This document shows positions 55,945 through 64,000 of a DNA stretch of 64,000 nucleotides, piece by piece. Position numbers and translations under genes: made by a program. How positions within the stretch are numbered: the first letter of the stretch is position 1; every line of letters starts with the position of its first letter. Source of the stretch: a virus; IMG/VR virus record IMGVR_UViG_3300041409_000599, positions 16,461 through 80,460 of that record; one strand, given 5' to 3'. The notes under the pieces were generated by a model. It was given only the letters and a program-made list of their open reading frames with translations. It was not told the DNA's origin and did not search any database.

Positions 55945-56127
55945 TTATTTTTGCAGTGCGGTTGGCGGATTTCCAGGACAGAGCGGCGGACACGGCGGAA
56001 TGCAGCAGTCCAGCGCCGGCGGTGCGATCACGGCCTGCTCGATTGGCTGGTCCCCTGAAGCGCTTACCGTCGCGCAGAATCCCATGGTTAAGACCATGAT
56101 CGAGATCATACGAATAATGGTTTTCAT
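55945..56127 (-). CDS. Small secreted Pro/Cys-rich peptide precursor
   Basis: GGAG SD; signal ..VSA|S; DCCIPPCPPLCPGNPP. Confidence 0.7.
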   Translation of the reverse strand: MKTIIRMISIMVLTMGFCATVSASGDQPIEQAVIAPPALDCCIPPCPPLCPGNPPTALQK

Positions 56128-56333
56128 TTGATTCTCCAGAGCCGATACGGCGGCTATGGGTTGAATTTATCATGGTGAAGTTCATTTCGTTCGCCTTTAT
56201 TTTGGGAGTTGTATTTTTCAAAACTACAAACTTCAACTAGCAAATGCTGGGTTCCCACTTCGGGCCTACTTGCACTTCACTTTCTAAGTCGTCTCGCTTT
56301 CTCTTGACCGTTTCTAGCTTAACTTTATGCTGC

Positions 56334-57104
56334 TTAGCCTATTACCTGCTGGCGCCAAAGCTTTTCTAGCTGCTCCATGTCCCATCCCGATACGTGCTTG
56401 ATGCCGTGATACTTCAAAGCCTCTTCTACAGAAGAGTGCGGGATTCTGCCGGACATAGAATGACCGTTTACCACCGCCATGACCGCCCTTATTGCTGTGG
56501 CAACCCTTGTGCGCGATACGTCTTCATTCCGGTTTGCTACCATCTCTCTGCGGAATCTGCGTTCGCTCTCGTAGCGGGTGAGATGGTCGCGGCGCACCGC
56601 AATATTGTGGATGACACTAAGCTGCGCCTCTGTGGTGGTCTCAACAATTATTGGAACGCGATAGCACTTAACACAATCCGAGTCTTCGCTGTATTCCAGC
56701 ATGCCCCAGCCCCGCGGTACTTCATCAATGCCGATGGATAGTCCCCTAGGAAAAGCAAGATACGCCAGATTGGTAGGGATTGGCCGCGCCCATTTCTTGT
56801 CGCCGCGAAAGTCTGACCGGGACGTTTTCACTTCCACCAGCACCGTCATCAGCTTCTGCATTCCGGCGGCAAGCCGGTACCACGCCTGATACTCGGTGTG
56901 CCTGTAGTTCGGCCTGCGCTTGAGTAATTTCAGGGCAATCAATTCCGTTTGAGTCGGTACGACCACGCCCGCGACATCAGCCACCCACGCATCGCCGATT
57001 GTAACCTCGGTTTCAATCGGCTTGCAGCCTCGTTCGTCAAGGTATCTGACGGCAGCCGCGGTGACTGCTTTAGTGATTCCCGTCTTGTTGCGGTCGTCAA
57101 TCAT
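56334..57104 (-). CDS. MmcB-like PD-(D/E)XK nuclease
   Basis: VADV..VEVKTSRSDFRGDKKW..GWG. Confidence 0.75.
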   Translation of the reverse strand: MIDDRNKTGITKAVTAAAVRYLDERGCKPIETEVTIGDAWVADVAGVVVPTQTELIALKLLKRRPNYRHTEYQAWYRLAAGMQKLMTVLVEVKTSRSDFRGDKKWARPIPTNLAYLAFPRGLSIGIDEVPRGWGMLEYSEDSDCVKCYRVPIIVETTTEAQLSVIHNIAVRRDHLTRYESERRFRREMVANRNEDVSRTRVATAIRAVMAVVNGHSMSGRIPHSSVEEALKYHGIKHVSGWDMEQLEKLWRQQVIG

Positions 57105-57314
57105 GGTGCGGTAGGGTTCCCTCCAGCCAAATGAATGGCTGGTTTTGTCGTGTGAAGTCGTAGCAGATGATCACTATTGCGCGAAGCAGATACTTTTGAC
57201 GAAGCCCTGCGAGCGTCCTGTTTTGGTTCCGAATGGTTCCAAAAGGAAGCACCTGACACGGTGCACCTAGGCGAGTAAGTTATTCTGTTTCAATATGACG
57301 TGGTTCAAGGAAGC

Positions 57315-57364
57315 CAGCCCTGAAAAGGCTGGCGTCGGCGGTTCGATTCCGTCCCTGGCCACCA
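57315..57364 (+). other. attR: 3' half of tRNA-Phe(GAA)
   Basis: CAGCC-CTGAAAA-GGCTG..GGCGGTTCGATTCCGTCCCTGGCCACCA; the 5' acceptor strand and D arm are absent. Confidence 0.85.
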
Positions 57365-57585
57365 TATTTCAACATCTTACACGTCATCAAAAACCGGCTT
57401 GGGTACATGTTGGGCACAAACTTTTCTAGCTCTCTAAAGGTCGCCCGGCATATACCGCGATGAATTCCCACAGTTCGAATCCTGGCCTACCTCCGACTTC
57501 ATCTTTGATCTGCCGGAACTCTGGTCCGTTGGCGACGTAACGAGGATGAGGAAGAAAATTAGCAGCGAGAGAAAAAAAGGGGAGT

Positions 57586-58203
57586 TTAGAACACGGAATT
57601 CTGTTTTTCTTTCTTCTGTTTGACGTATGCGCTGAAGCCTTCAAGCTCGTACCCTAGCGATATCTGGCCGGTCTCGCTATTTAAAGCCTGTACTTCCAGA
57701 GCAATAATTTTGATGTGATCAGGAAGGATGGCCGACTCTCCTGACTCCCATGCTGACATAATCGTGCGGTCGCTTTTGACCAGTGACATGGTGAAGTCCT
57801 GAGGGTCTGTCCAGATGCTTCCCTCCACAAGATTGTTAAAGGATTGCGGTTTGCCGTATTTTGCCGTTACAGCAGCCTTTACCGCTTGATATTTTTCCAT
57901 CAACTGATCGCCGTTCTTATTAGTCTTAATGTGATCCGTATACGCCACGAGTTTAACGAGACCATTCTGCGGCGAGAACATTAGGAGATATTCGGAAAAA
58001 TCTGGGTGTGGCGTGGGAGCGATTGAAAGAAACATGACGTCGCCATCAACGTGTCTAATCGCTTTTTGTCCGACTTTGGCAATGACCTGTTCCTTTGTCA
58101 TCCCGGCTTCAAATCCGAATGGGCCGGCTGCGCACGGAAGGGCGAAAGCAATTAAAACTGTAAACAGAAACACTCCGCGTGTTACTGGTGTCTGTCGTTT
58201 CAT
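57586..58203 (-). CDS. Secreted hypothetical protein
   Basis: Signal peptide; GPFGFEAGMTKEQV. Confidence 0.7.
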   Translation of the reverse strand: MKRQTPVTRGVFLFTVLIAFALPCAAGPFGFEAGMTKEQVIAKVGQKAIRHVDGDVMFLSIAPTPHPDFSEYLLMFSPQNGLVKLVAYTDHIKTNKNGDQLMEKYQAVKAAVTAKYGKPQSFNNLVEGSIWTDPQDFTMSLVKSDRTIMSAWESGESAILPDHIKIIALEVQALNSETGQISLGYELEGFSAYVKQKKEKQNSVF

Positions 58204-58462
58204 GGTTCCTTACCTTCCTTACTGGCGTCTGTAGCCACAAACATTTCGTCCGGCCATTCTGCCCGGCCTATTATACTAACTAACAAAGAGCAATTTTTTA
58301 GGAGCGGCAACTCTGAATCCCGGCAAGCGTAAACCAGCCCCCAAAGCTGCCGACCCAGGATGCTACGCTTCTAGATTCCGGAACTTCCACACAATGCCCT
58401 ACCGTAGGGCTAGAAGAAGCAAATGGTCCTGCAGAACCTTGGTTTGTCGATGCACTCGTTAT

Positions 58463-58651
58463 CTAAGTTCTCCTTCGGAACACACCTTTTCGTCTCCACC
58501 AGTTGTAAAACGCAACCAACAAAATAGCAGCAATAACGATCGATATGGTTTCAGCAAGTCCCCGCACGTATTCAATGGCAATAACAGCTGTGATTAGAAT
58601 CACCCACTCGACAATTTTCCAACGGTCTAACACGTTCCAAAACTGAGCCAT
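58463..58651 (-). CDS. Small 2-TM protein
   Basis: Hydrophobic ORF. Confidence 0.45.
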   Translation of the reverse strand: MAQFWNVLDRWKIVEWVILITAVIAIEYVRGLAETISIVIAAILLVAFYNWWRRKGVFRRRT

Positions 58652-58801
58652 TTAGAAGCCTCACCATTCGCGGATCATGAAATCCTAGCCTGCTTGCATC
58701 CCTTGAACAGCATTCGCTAACGCTCGGATCTCACGCCCGGCGTTTGCTGCTACTTCAAACGGCGCACATCATCCAAAGGGCCGTCAAAAAAGAGCACCGA
58801 C

Positions 58802-60010
58802 TTACTTAGGTGAAGGAGGCGTTTGTGCCGGCGTTGCCGTGCCGGGATTTGGAGATGCCGCGCCTGGCGCAGCCGGGCTCATAGGAGCGCCCGGCCTAAG
58901 TCCCCTGGGAGATAAGGGATCCGACGCTTGAGGGTTCCGCAGCGCTGGCCCGCCTTTGCCGCTCGTCGGTCCAAAAAACTGCTCATTCAAGTCAGGATGG
59001 ATGCCCCCGGTCACGGACTTAATGGCAGCCTCCATATTCTTCTGATGGAGATCGCGGACAATCTCGTCTTTGACATATTCAATTGGGATGCTATCGCGGC
59101 TGCGAAGTTTATAGATATTCAATCCGGACAGCTCGGCCTCAAGTTTGGTTACCTCACCGGGTCTTAGCGCGAGTAGATCTTTTTCAATGCCAGCAGGAAG
59201 GCTGCCTCTGCGCTTCATGCCAAGATCGGTCTTTGGAGGAGTGGGGAGAGACAGGGTTTTATAGACTTCGTCCTGAAGCTTTTGCGTTTCTTCACCCCGG
59301 GCGGCCCGCTCGCGAATGTCATTGGCCAACTGGCGAAACTTTTTTTCATACTCAGCGCGCGCCGCTGGCGTACGGCTGGGATTGATTGAAGGCATGATGA
59401 TGCGTTCGACTTTGAAGGAATCATATTTAGAGAGGTTTTCCTTATAGTAAGCCTCAATCTCATCCTGCGATGGGTTACTGTATTTTTCTTCAAGGAAATG
59501 GCGATATGAGTCCGCCAGCGCGCGGGTGCGCGCGATCCTAAGCAACTCCTGGAAGCGCGGATCGTTCTCGGCACCGGCTTTTTCGCCCGCGGCGGCCAGG
59601 GCCAGCAACTGCGAGTAACTCTCCGCAAAATTCCGCATGGCAGCAGGATTATTTATCTGGGAGGTTAAGCTCATCCCGGAAAGCATGGCATTGAATTGTT
59701 CCTTGGTGATTACGGTCTGGCAGGCATCGTCTTTCGGCAGAGCGTCTTTAGCAGAGGTGTCCTTGGCAGAGGTTTCCTTAGCAGGACCAGTTTTCGCAAC
59801 GGCAGCGTTCTTTGGGCAAACGCCATGGACTACAACCACAGGCTCATTTGGAGCAACCTTATCGGGATCAAATGACTGTTGTTGCGCCAGCGGAGGCGCG
59901 GAAGGCTGGACGGCAGGCGATTGAGAAGGCGCTTGTACCGGAGGAGCGCCCGACGTCTGGGCAAAGGCACATGCTCCGGCCAGCAGAGAAGTTATAAAAA
60001 TTCGGACCAT
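58802..60010 (-). CDS. PpiC/SurA-like peptidyl-prolyl isomerase/chaperone (host)
   Basis: Signal peptide; EIEAYYKEN; ARGE; LRPGEVT. Confidence 0.75.
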   Translation of the reverse strand: MVRIFITSLLAGACAFAQTSGAPPVQAPSQSPAVQPSAPPLAQQQSFDPDKVAPNEPVVVVHGVCPKNAAVAKTGPAKETSAKDTSAKDALPKDDACQTVITKEQFNAMLSGMSLTSQINNPAAMRNFAESYSQLLALAAAGEKAGAENDPRFQELLRIARTRALADSYRHFLEEKYSNPSQDEIEAYYKENLSKYDSFKVERIIMPSINPSRTPAARAEYEKKFRQLANDIRERAARGEETQKLQDEVYKTLSLPTPPKTDLGMKRRGSLPAGIEKDLLALRPGEVTKLEAELSGLNIYKLRSRDSIPIEYVKDEIVRDLHQKNMEAAIKSVTGGIHPDLNEQFFGPTSGKGGPALRNPQASDPLSPRGLRPGAPMSPAAPGAASPNPGTATPAQTPPSPK

Positions 60011-60256
60011 GGATGACGAGACCTTCCTCAACGATCGTGAAAAGAAATTTGGGGGAGATGCGCTATCCTAACACACGTTCTTTCTTGGGAGAGGCCTGCC
60101 TTCGCATGGGCCGAGTTTTAAGGCGATCACCTGATACGCCAGCACCACGATGAAGGCGCGGCAGCATCGGAGCTGACGTAAACGCGGAATTTCCATTGAA
60201 CCGACCGGCAAAAATGGTACAAACATCATGACAACCTGGAGGCCAATGATTCCGCC

Positions 60257-60832
60257 ATGAAACCTTTATTCTTACGTGCTATTTTACCCGCTCTATTGCT
60301 TTGCCAACTGGCAGCCGCCCAGCAGAACGTGCGCACGATATTCCTGGTTCGACACGCGGAGAAGGTTTCCGCCGCTCCGGACGCGCAGCTGAGCCCTGAA
60401 GGACTGAAGCGAGCGGAGTGCCTGGCGACGACGCTGAAAGATGCCGGCATTAAACAGATATACGTCACAGATGCCGCGCGTACGCAGCAAACAGCGGCCC
60501 CCCTGGCCAAAGCGTTAAAAATCAAGCCCACAATTCTTCCCATGAAGGATTCCAACGGCCTGATCAAGAACCTGGTGTATACGGGCGGCGGAAACATCCT
60601 GGTGGTGGGGCACAGTGAAACGGTGCCTTTTGTGATCGCGCGCATACAGGGCGGGACAGTGGCGCCGATCGGCGAAAATGAGTATGACCGAATGTTTGTA
60701 GTGACAATTGCGGAAGCCGCCGGGATGCCGGCAACCACGCTGCACTATTGCAGCGCCGGTACTTCTGCGAAGGCCACGCCAACACCTGCGCACACGCCGG
60801 TCAAGGGTGTTACGCCGAAGAAGAAACCTTGA
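60257..60832 (+). CDS. Histidine phosphatase/phosphoglycerate mutase family protein (secreted)
   Basis: LVRHAEK; RTQQTA; VVGHS. Confidence 0.85.
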   Translation: MKPLFLRAILPALLLCQLAAAQQNVRTIFLVRHAEKVSAAPDAQLSPEGLKRAECLATTLKDAGIKQIYVTDAARTQQTAAPLAKALKIKPTILPMKDSNGLIKNLVYTGGGNILVVGHSETVPFVIARIQGGTVAPIGENEYDRMFVVTIAEAAGMPATTLHYCSAGTSAKATPTPAHTPVKGVTPKKKP

Positions 60833-61321
60833 TCCTGATGGATGCAACGTCAAAGTGTTGCTTCGCTGTTTAAGAATACAGCGGTTGATTGAATTTGCGG
60901 TAAACAAACGGCGGGCCAGTTTTTGCTGACCGGCCATTCTTCTTTCCGCATCCCCTGGACTGAGGGATGCGGACTTTCTGGTTAAAGAAGACCGCCGAGT
61001 ATTTGCGCTCGACAACCTCTCTTACCTTACTTGACTCGGATCACCACCCCGCTGCATTTCCGCGAAAACCAGGCTTACTCTGCGCCAATGATGCAGCAGT
61101 GTTTGAGGGTGTCACTTTGCCTTCCTTGTCCCGGCAGCCCTGGCTTCCGAGATCTTTCATCTGACGTTCAAGAAGGCATCATCCATTCGTTGTTGCACTG
61201 CCGCAGCATGGAGCAAATCCGGAAGTGCCGCACAGTCAATCAATCGAGTGCGTTGGCTCTTTGTAAATATATCTTTCTACGATTCAATGTCTTTGGAAAT
61301 TTCCTTCGTGGGGCGCATAAA

Positions 61322-61353
61322 AGCGGGCCACTGATGCGTGGCCCGCTGATTTT
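61322..61353. terminator. Terminator-like hairpin
   Basis: AGCGGGCCAC/GTGGCCCGCT flanked by A and T runs. Confidence 0.55.
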
Positions 61354-61439
61354 GCAAGACAACAATCGCCACTCGACGGCGACTGCCAATTTTTAGGAAC
61401 AAACTGCCGAGGCGCGGTTTGCACTTCGGCAGTTCGCTG

Positions 61440-63998
61440 TTATTTAGCGGTCAGGTTCACGGTTACTCGGTTATTGAGCGTATCAGTGCCACCCGGCCCG
61501 AATGTAACCGTGCCGGTGCTGCTGAAGGCGCCTGCAGTCGGTGCATTCGTGGTTTCCACAATCGTCATAGTCTGTGGCGGCTTGGCGCCTTTCGCCGTTG
61601 AGCCACCCAGGCTAGGAGTCGTGAAGGTGAGCGTAGCCCCCGCCGGAATAGCCCCAGGAGCGGCACAACTTACCTGCACGTTATTTACGAAACAGGTGGG
61701 AACACCGCCATTGTTTATTGCCACCGTGAAGTTACTGATGTTTAGAGTGGCGGAGTTAGTGACAGTAAAGACCACATTTTGGGCAGTCGTAGTTGAGACA
61801 TTGCTGACCACCCATGTGATGTTATTCGGAGCCCCGTGATTCGGAGTCGGGCTTTGTGGAGTTCCGGTAACCGAAATAGGCGCTGAAGCCGACTGCGTGA
61901 TCGGTGCAGGCGGCGTTGTCGTCACGCTCGCGCTGTTATTCGCGAAGGCAGTGCCAGCGGCATCCGTACCGCTAACGACCACGGTGTTCAGGATGGCCTG
62001 GCTCTGCATCTGGACGATGACGTTGGCGGTAACCACGGCTCCTGGAGCCATGCTGCCGATATTGCAGGCTATGCTGATAACGCCCGCTCCACCGGCCGTG
62101 CAGACTCCCTGGCCGGGCTGACCAAGCACGATGTTCGCTTGCGGCAGCCCCGTGACCGTACCCGAAGTGCTGGTTGCTGTGGGACCAGCCTGGGTATATG
62201 TCAAGGTAGTTGGCGAAGGGACATCAAGGATTGAGAATGTGCCATTGAATGAAGCATCGGTAACGCCGGCGATGGTCATCGACTGCCCGATTTTCAATCC
62301 ATGAGCGCTGGCCGTGGTAATCGTAACCACACCCTTCGCGCCATTTCGCGACGCGCCATTTGCGGCGATGCTTGCCGGTATCGTCGTTAACGTGTGCGAG
62401 AAGGACACGCTCTGGACCGGGAACTGCGAGGTGTTGGTGATCTTGAGTCCGTAATTGATTTGCACCGGTGTGGAGGTCACTGAAGTGGGACCGGTAATCC
62501 CAATGGTTACTACGGGCAGATTTGCTGCTGACGGCGTGACAGGGTTAGATGGCGCCGACTCTGGACCCGCACCCGCGCTGTCGGTTGCATGCACCGTAAA
62601 GGTGTACGAAGTGCCGTTGGTGAGGCCTCCAAATACCAGATTACCTGTGTTCGATGTAGCCGGAGGAGGAGGAACCGTGATCGTGATTCCCGAGGGAGTA
62701 GCGGTCACCGTATAGCTGGTAATCGGTGCTCCGAGAGGGGCTGGCGACACTGTCCAAGTGACGGATGCTTGCGTGTCTCCAGCGACGGCCGTCACGTTTG
62801 TGGGTGCGGCGGGAACAGCGACGCCTGGAGGCGTTACGGAATTGCTTGGCGCCGAAGCTAAGCTGGGCCCGCTGGCATTATTGGCCGTGACAGTGAAAGT
62901 GTAAGCCGTGCCGTTGGTCAACCCGGCTATAAGGGTTGATGTCGCAGGGAAGTTCGATGGGGCAACCGGATTAACGGTCACGGGTGGTACGCCCGGGCCG
63001 GGTCCGGCGGAGATGGTAGTAACGGTGTATTGGTTCACCGGCTGCCCGGATTGCGCCGGGCTCCAGCTCACCGTGGCCTGTGCATTTCCCGCAACAGCTA
63101 CTACGTTTAGGGGGGCGCCAGGGACTGCCGCCGCCGGTGCGCCCGCTGAAGAACATGCGCCGACTGCTGTCGAAGGCTGACAACTTTGCCAAATGCGGCC
63201 TTGGCCAACGCCGACGCCGGCCGTTAAATCGTCACCGGTGTACACCGTAAAATTGGCAGGATCTGTACCATCCACCACGGCCGTCGCGACGTTCGCAAGC
63301 GGCGTAGGCAGCTGAGCCGGGTTGATGTACGTCAGGGTATAAGTCTGACCGGCCGGGCCGGCATTCACGTTCGCCGCCCAGGCTACGTTCGACGTCTGGG
63401 CAAAGAAGAGATTATTGCCGTTGGTAGCCGGATAAAATTGATCGCCATAAACGCTGGTTACGGCGCCTATAGGAGCCAGAGCGGGCGTGACCGTGCCGTT
63501 CGCGGTGGTGCACGCTGGATTTGGCGGAACTAAACAGGTTGTGTCCGCCTTGGCGATAACAAATGGCTGGGTGCCATCGGCGCCCCAGAGGTCATGTCCG
63601 AGGAATGCCAAACCCAGGGTAGTTGCATTGTCCGGGGTTGTTGCCACCTGCTGAATGAATTGAGAGCAGGTACCGAAGCCAGTTGTGGTGGCTGTGGCCG
63701 GGCTGTTGAAGCGCAGGATCGAGCCATGCGTGGCGAAGCCCACATAGATGTTTCCGTCCGGACCAAGCGTGAGTGCCGAAGGCTTGGCTTTACCACCAGG
63801 CAGGGGGCAGCCGGTTTGGCCGCCACCGAATCTGGCGCCAGTCGGGGATCCTCCCATGGCGAATACGCTATTGAAATCAAGCAGACCCTGTCCACCGTCC
63901 TGGGTGGGATCAAAGCCTATGCGGAATATTCCCTCAGACGCTGTTTGCTCATCGGCGAAATACAGGAAGGTCCTATTGGGATTGCTAGGATCATGGGG
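61440..63998 (-). CDS. Large extracellular FN3/beta-propeller/DUF11-like protein (5' end outside window)
   Basis: Two FN3 repeats (PGAPLNV..GLTNGTAYTFTV); frame open to the window end. Confidence 0.8.
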   Translation of the reverse strand, partial: PHDPSNPNRTFLYFADEQTASEGIFRIGFDPTQDGGQGLLDFNSVFAMGGSPTGARFGGGQTGCPLPGGKAKPSALTLGPDGNIYVGFATHGSILRFNSPATATTTGFGTCSQFIQQVATTPDNATTLGLAFLGHDLWGADGTQPFVIAKADTTCLVPPNPACTTANGTVTPALAPIGAVTSVYGDQFYPATNGNNLFFAQTSNVAWAANVNAGPAGQTYTLTYINPAQLPTPLANVATAVVDGTDPANFTVYTGDDLTAGVGVGQGRIWQSCQPSTAVGACSSAGAPAAAVPGAPLNVVAVAGNAQATVSWSPAQSGQPVNQYTVTTISAGPGPGVPPVTVNPVAPSNFPATSTLIAGLTNGTAYTFTVTANNASGPSLASAPSNSVTPPGVAVPAAPTNVTAVAGDTQASVTWTVSPAPLGAPITSYTVTATPSGITITVPPPPATSNTGNLVFGGLTNGTSYTFTVHATDSAGAGPESAPSNPVTPSAANLPVVTIGITGPTSVTSTPVQINYGLKITNTSQFPVQSVSFSHTLTTIPASIAANGASRNGAKGVVTITTASAHGLKIGQSMTIAGVTDASFNGTFSILDVPSPTTLTYTQAGPTATSTSGTVTGLPQANIVLGQPGQGVCTAGGAGVISIACNIGSMAPGAVVTANVIVQMQSQAILNTVVVSGTDAAGTAFANNSASVTTTPPAPITQSASAPISVTGTPQSPTPNHGAPNNITWVVSNVSTTTAQNVVFTVTNSATLNISNFTVAINNGGVPTCFVNNVQVSCAAPGAIPAGATLTFTTPSLGGSTAKGAKPPQTMTIVETTNAPTAGAFSSTGTVTFGPGGTDTLNNRVTVNLTAK

Positions 63999-64000
63999 AA

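Larger units (their letters stand above)
1..57364. mobile_element. Prophage (podovirus-like), left end outside window, integrated at tRNA-Phe
   Basis: Terminase, portal, scaffold, capsid, tail tube, tailspike and endolysin genes are present; no tape measure; the right boundary is a 3' tRNA fragment followed by non-phage genes. Confidence 0.9.

Noticed and set aside
57226-57239. GTTC-N7-GTTC-type LexA box
   Set aside because: The spacer is 6 nt; more likely an integrase arm repeat
57289-57364. Intact tRNA-Phe
   Set aside because: No 5' GGCCAGG acceptor strand or D arm; only the 3' half is present, so it is an att site

Overview
Positions 1-57364 are the right-hand part of a podovirus-like prophage. 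The host is probably Acidobacteriota/Terriglobia, inferred only from the style of the flanking genes. The prophage ends at the 3' half of a tRNA-Phe(GAA) (attR, 57315-57364). On the + strand, an early/accessory block (1-8707) encodes Dam, a HerA-like ATPase, Fis-HTH, a LexA N-domain protein, ATL, HNH, an Acb2/Tad1-like protein and DUF551. It converges on a long minus-strand late region. In transcription order this region holds a tailspike, a Pth2-like gene containing tRNA-like RNAs, an SLT endolysin, a PTP phosphatase, an outer-membrane barrel, portal, scaffold, capsid, GroES, tail tube proteins, ejection proteins (including a Hint protein and a 2485-aa polyvalent protein), TerS and a TerL split into two genes. 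An intact IS1595-family element with passenger genes (49248-51772; 26-bp TIRs, 8-bp TSD) is inserted between genes. Near attR is a cassette of secreted peptide + 7TM protein + putative regulators. Host-type genes (PPIase, histidine phosphatase, FN3 protein) follow. The best candidates for undescribed biology are: (i) the Pth2-fold ORF whose 3' third is two CCA-ending tRNA-like elements; (ii) the peptide/7TM cassette; (iii) the ejected 2H+ART+GGDEF+ParB protein; (iv) recurrent CT(G/A)AGC-loop hairpins in late-gene leaders; (v) tail proteins with Sec signal peptides. All family calls come from motif recognition by eye; no database search was run.
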